A stretch of 59,868 nucleotides of DNA, filler included, from Platydemus manokwari (taxonomy: Eukaryota): NCBI GenBank assembly GCA_037951405.1. It is 6 parts of 6 records of this genome, joined end to end, with 100 filler letters (N's around TTAATTAATTAA, not from the genome) between each part and the next. Parts side by side here need not be neighbours in the genome. Positions count along the whole stretch, not along the records: positions 19,699 to 29,965 come from JBBMOY011151771.1; positions 30,066 to 39,720 come from JBBMOY011221765.1; 4 more parts are not named here. One strand, 5' to 3'. Position numbers and translations under genes: made by a program. Shown piece by piece: positions 24,849-37,872 of this stretch; position 1 is the first letter of the stretch; each line of letters begins with the position of its first letter. The notes under the pieces are model-generated. The model saw nothing but the letters and a program-made list of their open reading frames with translations. It searched no databases and was not told the origin of the DNA.

Positions 24849-26498
24849 TTTATATCAATATCACCAGATATTGTTAAATAATTTCCTTCTAAGAAGTTTG
24901 GCTTCTTAATATTTATTTTAATTCAATATAACAAAGCATATTTTTCGAATAATAATTTTAAATTCTTTATTTATTCGAATTATTATTTATTAATTATTTT
25001 TCTCACTAATAATTCTATTTTAAAATTATTTAAAATTATATGTATATTTAGGATTAATTAATTACATTTCTATACCGAACATTATCAATCTTCTAATTGA
25101 ACAAGAGGGTTTGTTTGGTTTGGTTTGTTATATTTTACTGGTTCTAGGGGTTTCAACAACCGGTATGATGACCAAGCTGCTGGAAAATAATTTGATTTTA
25201 AATTAATAATTGAGCACAGAGGAGACTGAGTTGCTCTGGGCCTGAAAATAATGAGGCGGTTATAAAAACCTGCTAATAATTTATGATAACACAATGACTG
25301 AAGATTCAAATGGTTGATATTATACGTTACAGTGACAATCTGCAATAAATTACTATAATACGATAATATATAGTCTGCGGTATGAATTCGATTTTACGCT
25401 TTTTAATGACAATCTTTAATAAATTACTATAATGTGATAGCCTATAGTCTCGTGGTATATCAATGATAAATGCGTCTCTATCTATAATGATTATTCAAAA
25501 TAGCAATACAAAGTTTCAAAGTCTTTATTAATTTAGGAAACAGAAAGGTTAACAATTAATATTAAAAGTGAACACCAAAAATGTTTCAAAATGCCCCGTA
25601 CCTCGTCTCAGCGATTAACAGGAAAATCCGCGCAACGGACGAAGATGTTAAATTAAATAATACGGTAGAAGTTATTATCGACAAAGCTAATTATTGAATA
25701 ACAAAGTTAATAATAGCTAACGTTAAAATTAATTATTGATTATTACAATAATTATCATGAATGAGCGTTTTTAAGAAATGAATAAAAAACGTAATCTAAA
25801 AAAATTGCTTACTCCTGAATCTCGAATAAAAATGAATCCCGGAAATAATAGTCCAATAATGCAATGAATGATATATGTCCACGTATTCACACAAATAACT
25901 GATGACTTTTCTCTCATAATTTTTCTCATTTTGGTTTAGTTTAACGAATTTGGCTCACTTTGATTAATTATTTTCTCACAATTTATTTAATCAATTATTT
26001 TCCCGTGCATATTCTAATTGATCTAGTTTAACCTTATTTTATATCTTTCATATTTTTTATTATGTTTTATTTATTTTATTTTATTTTAATTTTATTATTA
26101 AATTATTTATTTATTCTTTATTTAACTATTTATTTATTCTTTTTCATTTTATTATTAACACCACCGAATTTGTTCACCTCGTTCATATACATGAATCTTA
26201 TAACAAATATTCATTTCATTTATGACAAAACGATTACACTGACCCTTTTAACAAAATAATAAAAAATGATTCATAATAGTAAAAATTACACTAACTGTTT
26301 ATTATTGATATCAAAACTGTTAAAAGCAATTCATAATAGCAAAAATCAGTTTATAGTTATTGATGAAGCAATTATTGATGAAGCTGCATTGTCCTCAAGC
26401 GTGCTTCTTTTGATCAGTCCATACGATGTTTTGGTATGGTAATGTGCTATGATATATGTAATGTTTTAATATGTAGGGTGCTAAAATATTTAGTCCAG

Positions 26499-26575
26499 TA
26501 TGTACAAAAATGTTTGATCTCTATATGTCAGGGGATGTATGTACAAAAATGTTTGATCGCTATATGTCAGGGGGT
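26499..26575 (+). repeat. Tandem duplication, ~39-bp unit x2
   Basis: TATGTACAAAAATGTTTGATC(T/G)CTATATGTCAGGGG twice. Confidence 0.85.
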
Positions 26576-26949
26576 TTACCCAACATCATTTCTATCACCC
26601 TTAGTACCATAAATATTTATTTTAAAATTATTATTCTTCTCAAATTTTTTAATCTCATTAATAGGTATTGGAAATGTTATTCCATCTAAATTTAATTTAT
26701 CAAAATGTTTTGTATAACGACTTAGTCTATTTTGATCTTTATTGGGTTGATATAAATGAGCTAATATTGAATATATGAAACATTTGTTATCATAATTTTC
26801 TACATTTACTGTTATTACTTCTAAAAGGTATATAATTACTTCTGGATAACAAATTTATCTTTGAAATGTTTATTTTTGTTATTATGGAGGATGTTATTAT
26901 GGACCAGTTCAGTCATAGAAGCTTATATAAGATATAAACTCCCAAATTC

Positions 26950-29536
26950 TTCTAAGATTATCTTAATTAAACCACAGCCAGAAGTTGCTATCTTAAATAT
27001 GGACTTTGAAACTTTTTATAACTCGTTCCCGTTTAATTATCTTGCCTCCTGGGAAATCGCTGTTTGGCTGATTCATTGGAATTACCAACATTGGATCCTC
27101 TACATTATAGACACAAATAAATCGGCCTCCTTTTTATTGACCATGCTACGTTTTTTATTAACAATTCCCAAAAGCAACTGTGGCAAACCTTAGATAATTT
27201 ATTTATTAATTTAAATGCAATTACGTCCAATATTAAAATCAATCATAGTTTACTAACTGACCTCCTCAAACAATTAAATAATACGAACTGTGGGCTTTTC
27301 GTAATACAACATAAATAAGACTACGCAGCTCATTCATCAATATTTCATTCCCCTGCATATCCAGATCTCCGTATCGATATTATTAAAAATATTAATTATT
27401 TAATTAAATTTAAATATTTTAAGTTAAATAATACCATTACATCATTTAATATAATTTACCCCATTTTAGTTGACGCAATTAAATTAATGGAAACCGATAA
27501 CCGTAATCTAACCGAAATAATCTTCTATCAAATAATCAAAAAGCTATTTTAGCTTCGGACGGTTGCGCAGAGCATAATGCGTACTTATTTTTATTAACCG
27601 AGTTTGCGGCACATAAAAATATAGACCTCCATTTTTGTTGGATAGATTTCAGCGAGGCATTTCCAAGTATCCCCATGAGTTAATTTGGTTTACACTAGAT
27701 AAGATGAGATGCAATATTCACTATATTAATATTTTTTTATTCATGTCGTCATCTCACTACTGCTTTAATTCAATTGCATAGGGGAATTAAGCAAGGATGC
27801 TCTTTATCAATGACTCTTTTTTTGTTTATCTATAGATTTTCTATTAACTAGTTCTTCTGAACTAGATAACCCACTATTGACTCATGATTTACCATTTTTT
27901 ACCCTTGCTTATGCCGACAATATAGTAATTATAGCTAACTCTGGTGAAAACTTAGAATATAGACGTAATCATATTTATCACCTCTCCGATTCTAATTAAT
28001 GCCCCAAAATGTGGTTATTTCACAAATAACCTCGCAAATAGGGTAGATTTAAAATTAGAGAGTGATTCAATCCCATTAGTTGATAGTAATAACATGTACA
28101 AATATTTGAGAGTCCCATTTGGATCACCAAAACGTACCCCTATCTCTAATACCCTAAACGGCATTATTACTGACTTTGAACATATAGTTAATTCACGATT
28201 GCACCCATCACAAAAATTTCAGTCATATAATACATTTTTGCATTCACCTCTGCTTTTTATTTTAGAATTCAACAAGTTGAAAACTACAGAACTTGATTTC
28301 CACACACTAGATCACAATCCTTTGATAAAAACTTAGATATCTCTCCAGGGAAATATTGCGAATGAATGGCTCGAAATCTACCAATATACCTTTTTTTCGC
28401 ACCACGCAAACTCGGTAGTTTAGGTTTAACTAGAGCACTGCTGGAATATTATATTCAATCTATAGTTTGTTGTTTCCGTTACTTAACCAGCCTAGATAAC
28501 CCTTTTAGAGTTTTTATAATTAAGCATCTTTTATATATAGTTAATACATGATTGGGGTCATCTCACCCAAACAATTTAGATACTGCACTTTCATGGTTAA
28601 GTGACAATATTTTATCCATTAAAAATCCGTCATCAACATGGTTCACTAAAATTAGATTTTCAATTAGAAAATTAAGAAAATTTAAAATTAATATAAATTT
28701 TATTAATAAAGAATCACAAATTCATATCACGATGACCACTGGTTATGATCTAACTTATTTCTTTTCAGTAGATAATAAACACAGGTTATCAGATATCCTC
28801 CATGACGTGGTATAAATGTTATACTATAATGAATGGAAATCTCTCAAAAAACAAGGCCGTCTAGTTCAATGCTTCTCCGCATCACATAGGTCAGAAAAAC
28901 CCTTAAATAACTGGCATTTGTAACCGGAGGTCTGGATATTCACACATTGGGCTAGAAATAATTTATTATTATGAAATTTCACACCATATTTTATTAAATC
29001 TAATAAATCTATCTATTGTAGGAAATGTAATGTCGAACCCGAAACCGCTGTCCACATTTTCATTCATTGCTCCGTAGTCCCAGGGAAATCTAGCAAACGC
29101 CACGCAATGATACTTGACATTATAGGTAAGTATTTACAATCACTCGGGATCGACACAGATATCGACTCTACCCCAGTTGAAGTTAATTCTAAATTAAGAC
29201 CCGATTTAATCATTAGAAATAATTCTAAAAAGCAAACCTTTATTTTTGATTTAAAAATTCCATTTGATATGAATACAAACTTCGATTTGCATAGGTCCCT
29301 TAATTATGATAAATATAAATAGACTAACTAACAGACATAAGACAGCACTTGATGTACTAAATGTAGCAGTCTTTAGCTCCTGGGACCCACATAATGACAG
29401 GTTTTAAAATTACTTGGTCTTGATAACAATAGAATTAATTTCCTCTCTTCGTTAATAATCTCAGCTTTACTTAAAGACGCCTACACTACATATATTGCCC
29501 ATACGAAAGAAGGCAGGCCAAGACCAACACAATAAG
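26950..29536 (+). mobile_element. Decayed RLE-type non-LTR retrotransposon (NeSL/Utopia/R2-like): RT, CCHC finger, restriction-like endonuclease
   Basis: In order: QKAILASDGCAEHNA, CWIDFSEAFPSIP, GIKQGCSLS, LAYADNIVI, YKYLRVP, KLGSLGL, CRKCNVEPETAVHIFIHC...KRHAMIL, RPDLIIRN...IFDLKIPFD...KYK. Many stops and frameshifts. Confidence 0.9.
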
Positions 29537-29649
29537 TACATTCGCCTTATTAATATCTAATAAAATTTATTAATTACCCATTGTATCTCATATTCTATAA
29601 TTGTTTAATAATTCTCATTGTTTGATAATCATAATCTTATTAGTTTCCT

Positions 29650-29965
29650 TAATCATTTCAAAATCATTCATTATCATAACGTAGAACCATTTATTTCTCA
29701 TTATCATAAATCATTTATTATCGTAATCATATTTTAAAAATCATTCATTATTATAATTATAATGACCATAAATCATTCATTATTATAATTATAATGACCA
29801 TAAATCATTCATTATCATTTAAAATCATTCATATCTCATAATCATAAATCATTCATAATCGTAATTTAAAAATTATTTATTCTCATTATCATAAATCATT
29901 TATTATCATAGTCATAAGTTAAAATCATTATCATACTCATAAACTGAAAATCTTGAATTATCATA
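29650..29965. repeat. Degenerate AT-rich minisatellite (AAATCATTCATTATCAT-like core) running into the contig end
   Basis: About ten variants of AAATCATT(C/T)ATT; includes an exact ~32-bp unit AAATCATTCATTATTATAATTATAATGACCAT twice. Confidence 0.75.
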
Positions 29966-30065
29966 NNNNNNNNNNNNNNNNNNNNNNNNNNNNNNNNNNN
30001 NNNNNNNNNTTAATTAATTAANNNNNNNNNNNNNNNNNNNNNNNNNNNNNNNNNNNNNNNNNNNN
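29966..30065. other. Artificial contig spacer
   Basis: N44-TTAATTAATTAA-N44. Confidence 0.98.
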
Positions 30066-30259
30066 TATAATTTAATTCAAATTTCAAAATTTTTGAATTT
30101 TTTTCATAAGATATAACATCATTATCTTTTTTATCACATACTTACAATTCCTTATTTGTTAATTTTCTCTTTTATAACTTGAGATTGAAATTTTAAAATT
30201 ACTATACTTTACGTCGTGTATTAACATTCAATCACAAATAAACTCTATCATTAATAAAC

Positions 30260-30354
30260 ACTATCATCCAACTAACAATTTCCAAAACAATATTTTCAAT
30301 TAACTTTTAGATAATTGAAAATATTGTTTTTGAAATTGTTAGTTTGATGATAGT
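30260..30354. repeat. Long inverted repeat, 43-bp arms with a 9-nt loop
   Basis: ACTATCATCCAACTAACAATTTCCAAAACAATATTTTCAATTA versus TAATTGAAAATATTGTTTTTGAAATTGTTAGTTTGATGATAGT; 2 mismatches. Confidence 0.9.
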
Positions 30355-31699
30355 TAGTTAGATAACTCCACTTAAACGACGATAAGCTTCATTTCATAAA
30401 CTTTATTAAATGTATTTTCTTTTCAATACATACTCAAGATTAAGGCACATTCACTAGAATCACAATAAATTGCCATATAAACAATTAATTAATCAATAAT
30501 AGTTTTGCCCAATCATTTTTCTTAGCGTTAAAATTTTCATATTATTATGGAATAATTTCTAAAAGTTACTTAAAGATATATTAAATAATCTATATTATAT
30601 AATTTTTTAGAATTTTACTTCACATATTATCTCACATATTTGATATTTATTTTTTAAGGTTAACCAGCAGAAATCATTAATTACATCGAGTACATCCAGC
30701 AAGGCTAGTTAACATTCAAGCACTATTGAATATCTTCAAGTTGCGAAATATGTCTTTTTTTTTACTAATCACTCACTACCAGCACTATTTCCAGCTACAA
30801 AACATTCAATCACATTTCGTATCTGCCAATGCCTAAAATTATATGCAACATTAAGTTTTCAACTATTTAAATTTATTTCTTATTTCAATCTTTTTACAAA
30901 TAAACTCAAAATACCACCTATTACCGAATTGGAAATTACCACAGAACTTCAACTAACTAATAAACTTATTTTACAAAACACTTAAATCGTTCTCCAGGCA
31001 TTTCTGCTCCAAATGTTTATTTTAACTTAACGCATTTCATAAACCATATTTATGATGCTACTTAGACAACTATTTCACAACAATAGGTTATTTCCATTAA
31101 CCCCAGACTTTTACAGCTCTACTATGTTTATATAAATAGAAATTATCTTTAAATATCTCCAATGTTTCTTTCAACTAACTCACAATCTAAAATTCAATAT
31201 AACAAAATAATTTTTATTTAACTTAAAATAATAACATTCAGTAAAATCCCTCAATTATTTATTTATTTTTACCACTCAAGCTAAAAATAGTTTTTATTGA
31301 ATTTTCATAATGAGCTTTGCAACAAAGTTATTGATTATTTAAAATAAGGTGTGTTTATATTGAATAATTTTTTCGGCAAGATTTTGTTAAATCTATTATT
31401 TTTTATTGTAAAATTTATTTTCTAATTTTTATTTTATATACATGTGTTATTCTGTTTTTATTTATACTTCGTTCATTTTATTACATCATATTAGATATAC
31501 TGTTTATTACTAATTTTTATAATTTTCAAAAAATATACGTTTAAGTTTGCCAAAGTGTTTACACTTTGGTTTCGGTTTGAATAATTCCAACCTCGTGATA
31601 ATTATCGTCTCGCTTGGAAGAAAATTAAAAAGATCCAAGCTTATCAGAACGGGGCATTCTCTGTATATTTTAGTAAATTTGTTAAAGATTTTTTTGTTT

Positions 31700-32900
31700 T
31701 TCAAATTTATTATAAAAATTACAATTGCAAGGATCGTATGCAACATGTTAAGATTTATTGAACTGATGATTCAAAGCTTCTTTCGCTTAATTTGTGATAA
31801 TGGATCTACTCCAAGCATTTTCTTTACTAGATCATCTAATCATATCATCATACTAATCATACCAAATGGTTGATAGATACCCATCAACAATGCGTACATT
31901 TGCACTCTTGTTGGCCAAATATCGGGAGCTATTGTTGGATTATAATTAGTTCTATTATCAGATCTGGCAACTATTTCTAGAGACAAAAAAAAATATTACT
32001 CGAATAAATTTTCGACAATAAATAACATTCTCGTGTACTACAAGCTCAAAATGATTTTCGCTTTCCATTTATCATTTAATGCAATGTTGATACATCTAAG
32101 TATTAAATTAAACAACTTGTTTTCATGTATGAAAGCCAATTTCTCGCCAGTTGTCATCGTTTAAGATTTCATCTATGGTGGGTAATCAATCTAGGTCTCC
32201 AATGCCCATAACCTCTTCTATTCTTATTCCTATTGGCTCAGCCTTTCCTTTAATTTGTAGACAACTATTATTTTTCCTTGCACAATTCCCTAAATCTTAC
32301 TTGGCCAATTCTTTATCTTCTTGGTCTGATAAATCATTGTATCCAAAACCGTTTTATTTATATTATAATCCTTAATTTCTGCTTTTGGACAATGCTGGGC
32401 TCAAATAGAACGTTGTTCTTATCGTCTGCCATCTCTATCCGCGTTGTGTGTGGTTCTCCAAAGAAATCCATTACAATTTTCACGTCTAACAAGATGATAC
32501 ATTTTCGTTCTTTCTCTGTTGTGAGGTTACTTAGGATAAAACCGTCTGTCATCTGCAATGGTAGGGATTTCTCCGCTACCAAAGATATTATTGGAAATTC
32601 TGCGAACCAAAATCCGGCTACTATCATTCGCTGTTCAATAGCAAATGCGGTTGGCAGGTCAAAGACGCTTATTATTGCACTCTGATGTTTTTAATATGGT
32701 AGCCTTCCACTTGTGAGATGTATTCGTATTTAATCGTAGTTTTAATGAAGAGAGGAACTCTACTTTTTATTCTTCTGCTACTATTTTCACAGACAGTTTT
32801 GGGGACACTGTATTTTTCATGATACGATGCGTTTCTAGGGAGTTATTTATCAAAACTTCCACTAGTCTAAATCTGGCTTGTGCAATAGTGTGTATTATGA
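31700..32900 (-). pseudogene. Decayed, apparently intronless ORF of unknown origin
   Basis: Consecutive long protein-like minus-strand frames (QARFRLVEVLINNSLETHR...; HQSAIISVFDLPTAFAIEQRMIVAGFWF...; PTIAPDIWPTRVQMYALLMGIYQPFGM) broken by stops and frameshifts; GC-richer than the flanks. Confidence 0.5.
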
Positions 32901-33289
32901 AGAGTTTTTGCTCTTAGTGGGGTTTGTAAAAGAAAAATTTCGGGTTAAACAGAATAAATATATCGTTTATAACAAAAGCTGAAAAAAGGTGTACATTTTA
33001 AAGTTTTCATTTATTATTATTTTCTTGTTATTTTTTCCTAAAGTATTTTTAAAAATTGATTTTGAGAGCGAAAAGAAATGAATGGTTAATTTTAAAAAAT
33101 AAAATATTAAATAAAAACCAAATAAAAATAAATTATCAAATACAAATTATTGATCACATTTATTCTAAAATATCAGCTAAAATATTGATTTACACGATGT
33201 TCATTTCTAAATGGTGACTGATTAAATCAATAAAATGATGTTGAAAATCTTTAAAAGTGTTCATTTGAAATTATAGTGTTCGATTTGTA

Positions 33290-34160
33290 TTTTTGGTAAA
33301 CAAATATTTCCTGTTACCTTCCAGTATTGAAAACTATGTTGTTTTAATACAAAATCGCATTAATTTCGAAACACTAGTTGTAGCATTAATTTTAGGATTC
33401 CTACAAGCAAAAGTAAACCACCAATTGCATTACAGTGCGTTCCTTGTTAACACATCAATATCGAATATTGTTGAATCAGTATTGATAAATGCGAAATTGT
33501 ACACCCCAATATAGTCATTGAAGTCTTTAATCGAATGATAGCAGCTATAGTAATCGGTGCATTTCCTATCAGTTAAATGTGTCATCATATTGTTGACCAA
33601 TAATTGATTATCGAAACTGTAGTCTTTCACATGCAACACAAAATCTAAAGAACCTACACAATTAATCGACTAGATTTGTATTGTGCTACTGCTGAAATGA
33701 ATTTATTTATTTTCAATGGTATACCCAATGTTTTGTATTTGACTATCTTTTGTGATACTAGAATGGATGTAACATATTTCAGAACAACATTTGTGTGTTT
33801 CACTATTTGAGAACCAGCATGTGCTGATGTAATGAACTGTATATAAATCATCAATCATTATATTGACATTTAATGAAATGATTTCACTTTTAATGTATGA
33901 TTGTCATTAGAAAATGCCTTCATATAATTACAATAATTTCGAGGTATACAAGTTTTTTTGAATTTGTAGAAATTGCATTGCAACTTTTTGTAGTCGAAAC
34001 GGAATATTTCACAATGAATGACAATACATTGAAAAACACTATTGGAGATATCTCTTACACTGATTGTAGTTTGTAGGTTGAATACGCAAACCATTTTACC
34101 ATCAAATTTGACTTGGCATTGAATAAATGTTAAACTGGAAATGATTAAAATAATTGTCAT
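33290..34160 (-). pseudogene. PAN + TCAF-N-like family, copy C (pseudogene); exon 1 34160-33888, exon 2 33836 to ~33290
   Basis: Signal-like MTIILIISSLTFIQC; PAN-like CEIFRFDYKKLQCNFY; 51-nt GT...ACAG intron at the same position as in A and B; AVAQYKSSRLIV and CTDYYSCYHSIKDFND nearly match copy A. One-nt deletion at ~33655, compensating frameshifts around 33700-33765, premature stop at 33430. Confidence 0.85.
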
Positions 34161-34227
34161 TTTTTAAAATGATATTTTAATTTTTGTATAACTTTATATA
34201 ATTGTCTTTGTTTACTCAGCTGTTTCT

Positions 34228-35573
34228 ATGGATATTACTAACGTCGGTTATGCCAGCAAATGCTCATTTACATTGTTACAAAGAATTACATTGTTGTAGT
34301 TTATTCTAAATATTCTAATAATGAATACCAAAAAGTAGACGAATTTCCCACAATCCACGTCTCTTTAAGAAAAATCTATCGTGCGAGAACTACTTCTTAA
34401 CAAGCTTGAATTATAACGGAAAATCTGCTACTCGTGATGATTGAGCTATTTAAACCAGATCAAAAGATCATTGAGTTCCGTAACCCCAATGTATTCTTGC
34501 CAAATTCATTTCATCTCATGCCATATAATGAGATCAAAAAGTCAATTATATTTACTTGGAAGCCAGTAGAAGTAACAAGCGAGAAAGAAAAATATCACAC
34601 CGTCTTTATCGATATAAAAACAGCAATTGACTATATTGGAAAAAATCACCCAGTTTGGATTAGTCTGAGGAACTATTGGGGTAATATAGTCATTGAACAC
34701 AAGTGCTGTCCGCGGGCAGAAAATAAACATTATAATGTGGAAAACAAGTTAAAAGCCTTGGATATCGATGTGTCACACGTCATGGGAATTAGGGACCTTA
34801 AAGGGTCGGATGCCTTAAACGAATTACTACAGAAGGAATCGATAAGTCAAATCTGTCGATCGCAGAAATAAATTTTCATTTAATAAAGTCATCAGGCAGA
34901 TTAACCAAAATGACGGCATCAATTCCCCAATGGAACGATTTTAATTCATGATAATAATTTAGTTTGATTAAATTTAGTTTATTTAGGATAAAGTTGGACA
35001 AATTAAATTATTTAGAATGGAAATAAATTAATAAAATTTATTTTCCACGTCGCTACCAAAAAATATTAATTTTTAAACCCATATTTTCCCCTAAAATCGG
35101 CCGCATTCATGTAAAATTCATATTACCCTATATATATATATCGTTAATCGTATATTCTTCCTATTTATCGAGCTGATCTCGGAAAAAACTCTGAAGAAAA
35201 GGATATTAACCCAGTAGCTCGAAGGGTAACTGTTGGTCCAACATCTTCTTCATTGAATTGCACATCAAGTTTAATGCCAGCGTTTAAGTGTATAAAAGTA
35301 GTTGTATAAAATCAATGTGTATCGTAGTAATTTATATTCATTATTAATAATTGCATATGATTATCATATAAGTAGTAATTTATAGCCCAAAATTGTATAA
35401 AAGTAGTAATTAATGTATAATTGTAATGGATATTACTAACGTCGGTTATGCCAGCAAATGCTCATTTACATTGTTACAAAGAATTACATTGTTGTAGTTT
35501 ATTCTAAATATTCTAATAATGAATACCAAAAAGTAGACGAATTTCCCATAATCCACGTCTCTTTAAGAAAAAT
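34228..35573 (+). repeat. 148-bp direct repeat (34228-34375 and 35426-35573)
   Basis: ATGGATATTACTAACGTCGG...CTCTTTAAGAAAAAT; one mismatch seen (CCCACAAT/CCCATAAT). Confidence 0.95.
34434..34871 (+). CDS. Hypothetical 145-aa ORF, possibly the 3' part of a longer disrupted gene
   Basis: Open 145 codons with globular-like composition; no family recognised. Confidence 0.4.
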   Translation: MMIELFKPDQKIIEFRNPNVFLPNSFHLMPYNEIKKSIIFTWKPVEVTSEKEKYHTVFIDIKTAIDYIGKNHPVWISLRNYWGNIVIEHKCCPRAENKHYNVENKLKALDIDVSHVMGIRDLKGSDALNELLQKESISQICRSQK

Positions 35574-35601
35574 TGTATAAAAGTAGTAATTAATGTATAA
35601 T

Positions 35602-36005
35602 TGTAATAACAATAAAAGTTCATAACCCAAATATTGACTTTTGAATTTCCAGTTGGTATAAGGTGTCACTAATTCACAATGTATGTACATCATTATCATT
35701 CACTACCGATTTTGGGATCAAATTAATTATTATGAAATAAATTAATAAGAGAGACTGATAATAAGAGTGAGGAGACAAGAACAGAAAACAAGAAATAAGA
35801 ATAAAATAATAATATCGATTTCTACGTCAATACGCTTATCTCCATGTAAGTCGTGATCGTCGAGGCGAATAAGCATCAAAACTGATAAGGTCAAGATATT
35901 ACCTGAGGGTCAAGACTGACTCAGAGTGCTGATTAAGACGTAGATTTCTATCAATCAAAAAGAATAATAATAAGAATAAAACTAGAGTGACCCCAAAACG
36001 TGACA
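35602..36005 (-). mobile_element. Solo LTR-like dispersed repeat, copy 1
   Basis: Minus strand TGTCACGTTTTGGGGTCACTCT...TATTACA; homologous to 51248-51637 (shared GTCTTGACCCTCAGGTA, TTCGCCTCGACGATC, CGTAGAAATCGAT). Confidence 0.7.
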
Positions 36006-37872
36006 GTATCATAAAGTTTTGTGATTCATATATTCCAAGTCCAAATTAAAATTTATTTAGATTTAAGAGACATGGTTTTAACAAATGTGAAAATTTCCAC
36101 AAGACTAACATTTTACTTGATTTTAAATATATTACAGTATCTTGCAACGAAGATTTTGATATAGGTCTTGATCTACAATTTTATGAAATGTGGCCTCTAC
36201 TACCGTATTTAAAGCAGGTTTTATTTTATCTATTTTATGATTCGTTTCGTCTATAATAATTTTTTTGAGTATTATCGAGAATTCTCTGATTTCTTTAGTT
36301 ATTTAGATAATGACCAAATTATTGACACTTAAATGATGTAACTGATCACTGTTTTTAAAAATTGATTTTCGGTGACTTTTCTTATTTGTACTGGTCAATC
36401 TGCCTTGTGTCTAAAAGTTTTCTACAAAGTTGACAAGTAAAATGCAGATTTTTTAAAAAAAATTGTGTTTATGAGAATAATTTTTGTTCAATAATGCCTC
36501 CTATGTCTACGCTAATGTGTTGTTTGGAAACGTCTTTTATTTCGATCAATTCTACGATGTTTCTACGGTAAATTTGGTCATATGATACTAGCTGCTCTTT
36601 TTAAATAGAGGGATAATATTTGTATCATCGTTAGTTTTGCCCATCCATATACAGAAGCGTACATGTAGTAATTAGTCATAAAATCGATTTTATACGACCG
36701 TCTTCATATTACTCAAGTGGATATCTACTAGTGGCAAAATCTACTAGGCTCCTTGTCCAACGACTCGAATAGGAATTTGATGTACTAGAATAGGCTAGGA
36801 TCTGATTCGGATTTTCTTGATCTACGTTCATACTGCAATTTGTAGCTTTTTTGTCCCAAAGTTGAGATAAAAAAATTGTTACGATTGTTAGTGGTTACCA
36901 AAATTATAATTGAACATCACAATAGTTTGCAAAAATTAAATAGTCAATAAACACTGTCAAAATCACACTCAATACTCAATGAACAATCAATACAAAGAGA
37001 GATCAGTACCCGAAAGTTAAATAGTGACAAAGATAAATACCATAAAAATAAGAGTTACCGTCTAAATAGATTGGCAGTTGCTCTTGAAATTCATTTCTTT
37101 TTAAAGGATTATCGTGTGTGTTCACATGCTGTCTCAATAGTTTAATTTTAGTTTGATTGACCGGTTTCACACACCGGTTTATTAGCAAATTTTCTTGGTT
37201 ATTCCATGTCATTGGCGCATTTTGATGTTTGGTGGCGTACGGAGTTCTAAAAATGAATTTATATATAGAGGGAAATTGATTGCCTATTTGTACGTGCTCC
37301 TGTCTAGCCTGTTTACATTTGTTTTGAGGGTTATTTCCATGGTTTCCGTGTATATCTCCTACCTAACATCATTATGGTTTAAGATCAAACTTATTTAAAG
37401 TGGGCCACGCGTCCTTTTCCCTTAAACTTCAATCGTTATTTTATGAATATATCGCTGTTTGCCACATATAACTTTGGAAAACATGAGACTAAGTTCACGA
37501 ATGGCGGAATTTTCTGACTCAAATATTTCGTACAGCAATGATTTAAACACAAATAAATAAAGATCAGGATGTAGATAGGTTTACAAATATATGGTTATTT
37601 TTGCATAAATATCATCGTTGTAACATTTCTATTATAATATTATCAATGCAAATATTCCAATTTTATTCACGAATTTATTATTTTTATATAAGCTTCGTTT
37701 TAATACATCAAATTTTAATTATTTTTGGTTCATATTGATTTTAAGATAGTTTTTAAAACTTGATTTTAATATTTGAGTATTATGTTTAAGATAATTTGTG
37801 ATTCGAATTATTAATTACAATTAAATTTGTTTTAGCTCAAATTGAATAGATTAAAATTATAACATAAAATCA

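Noticed and set aside
26062-26259. F/L/I/Y-rich 65-aa ORF
   Set aside because: Low-complexity T/A tract; compositional artefact.
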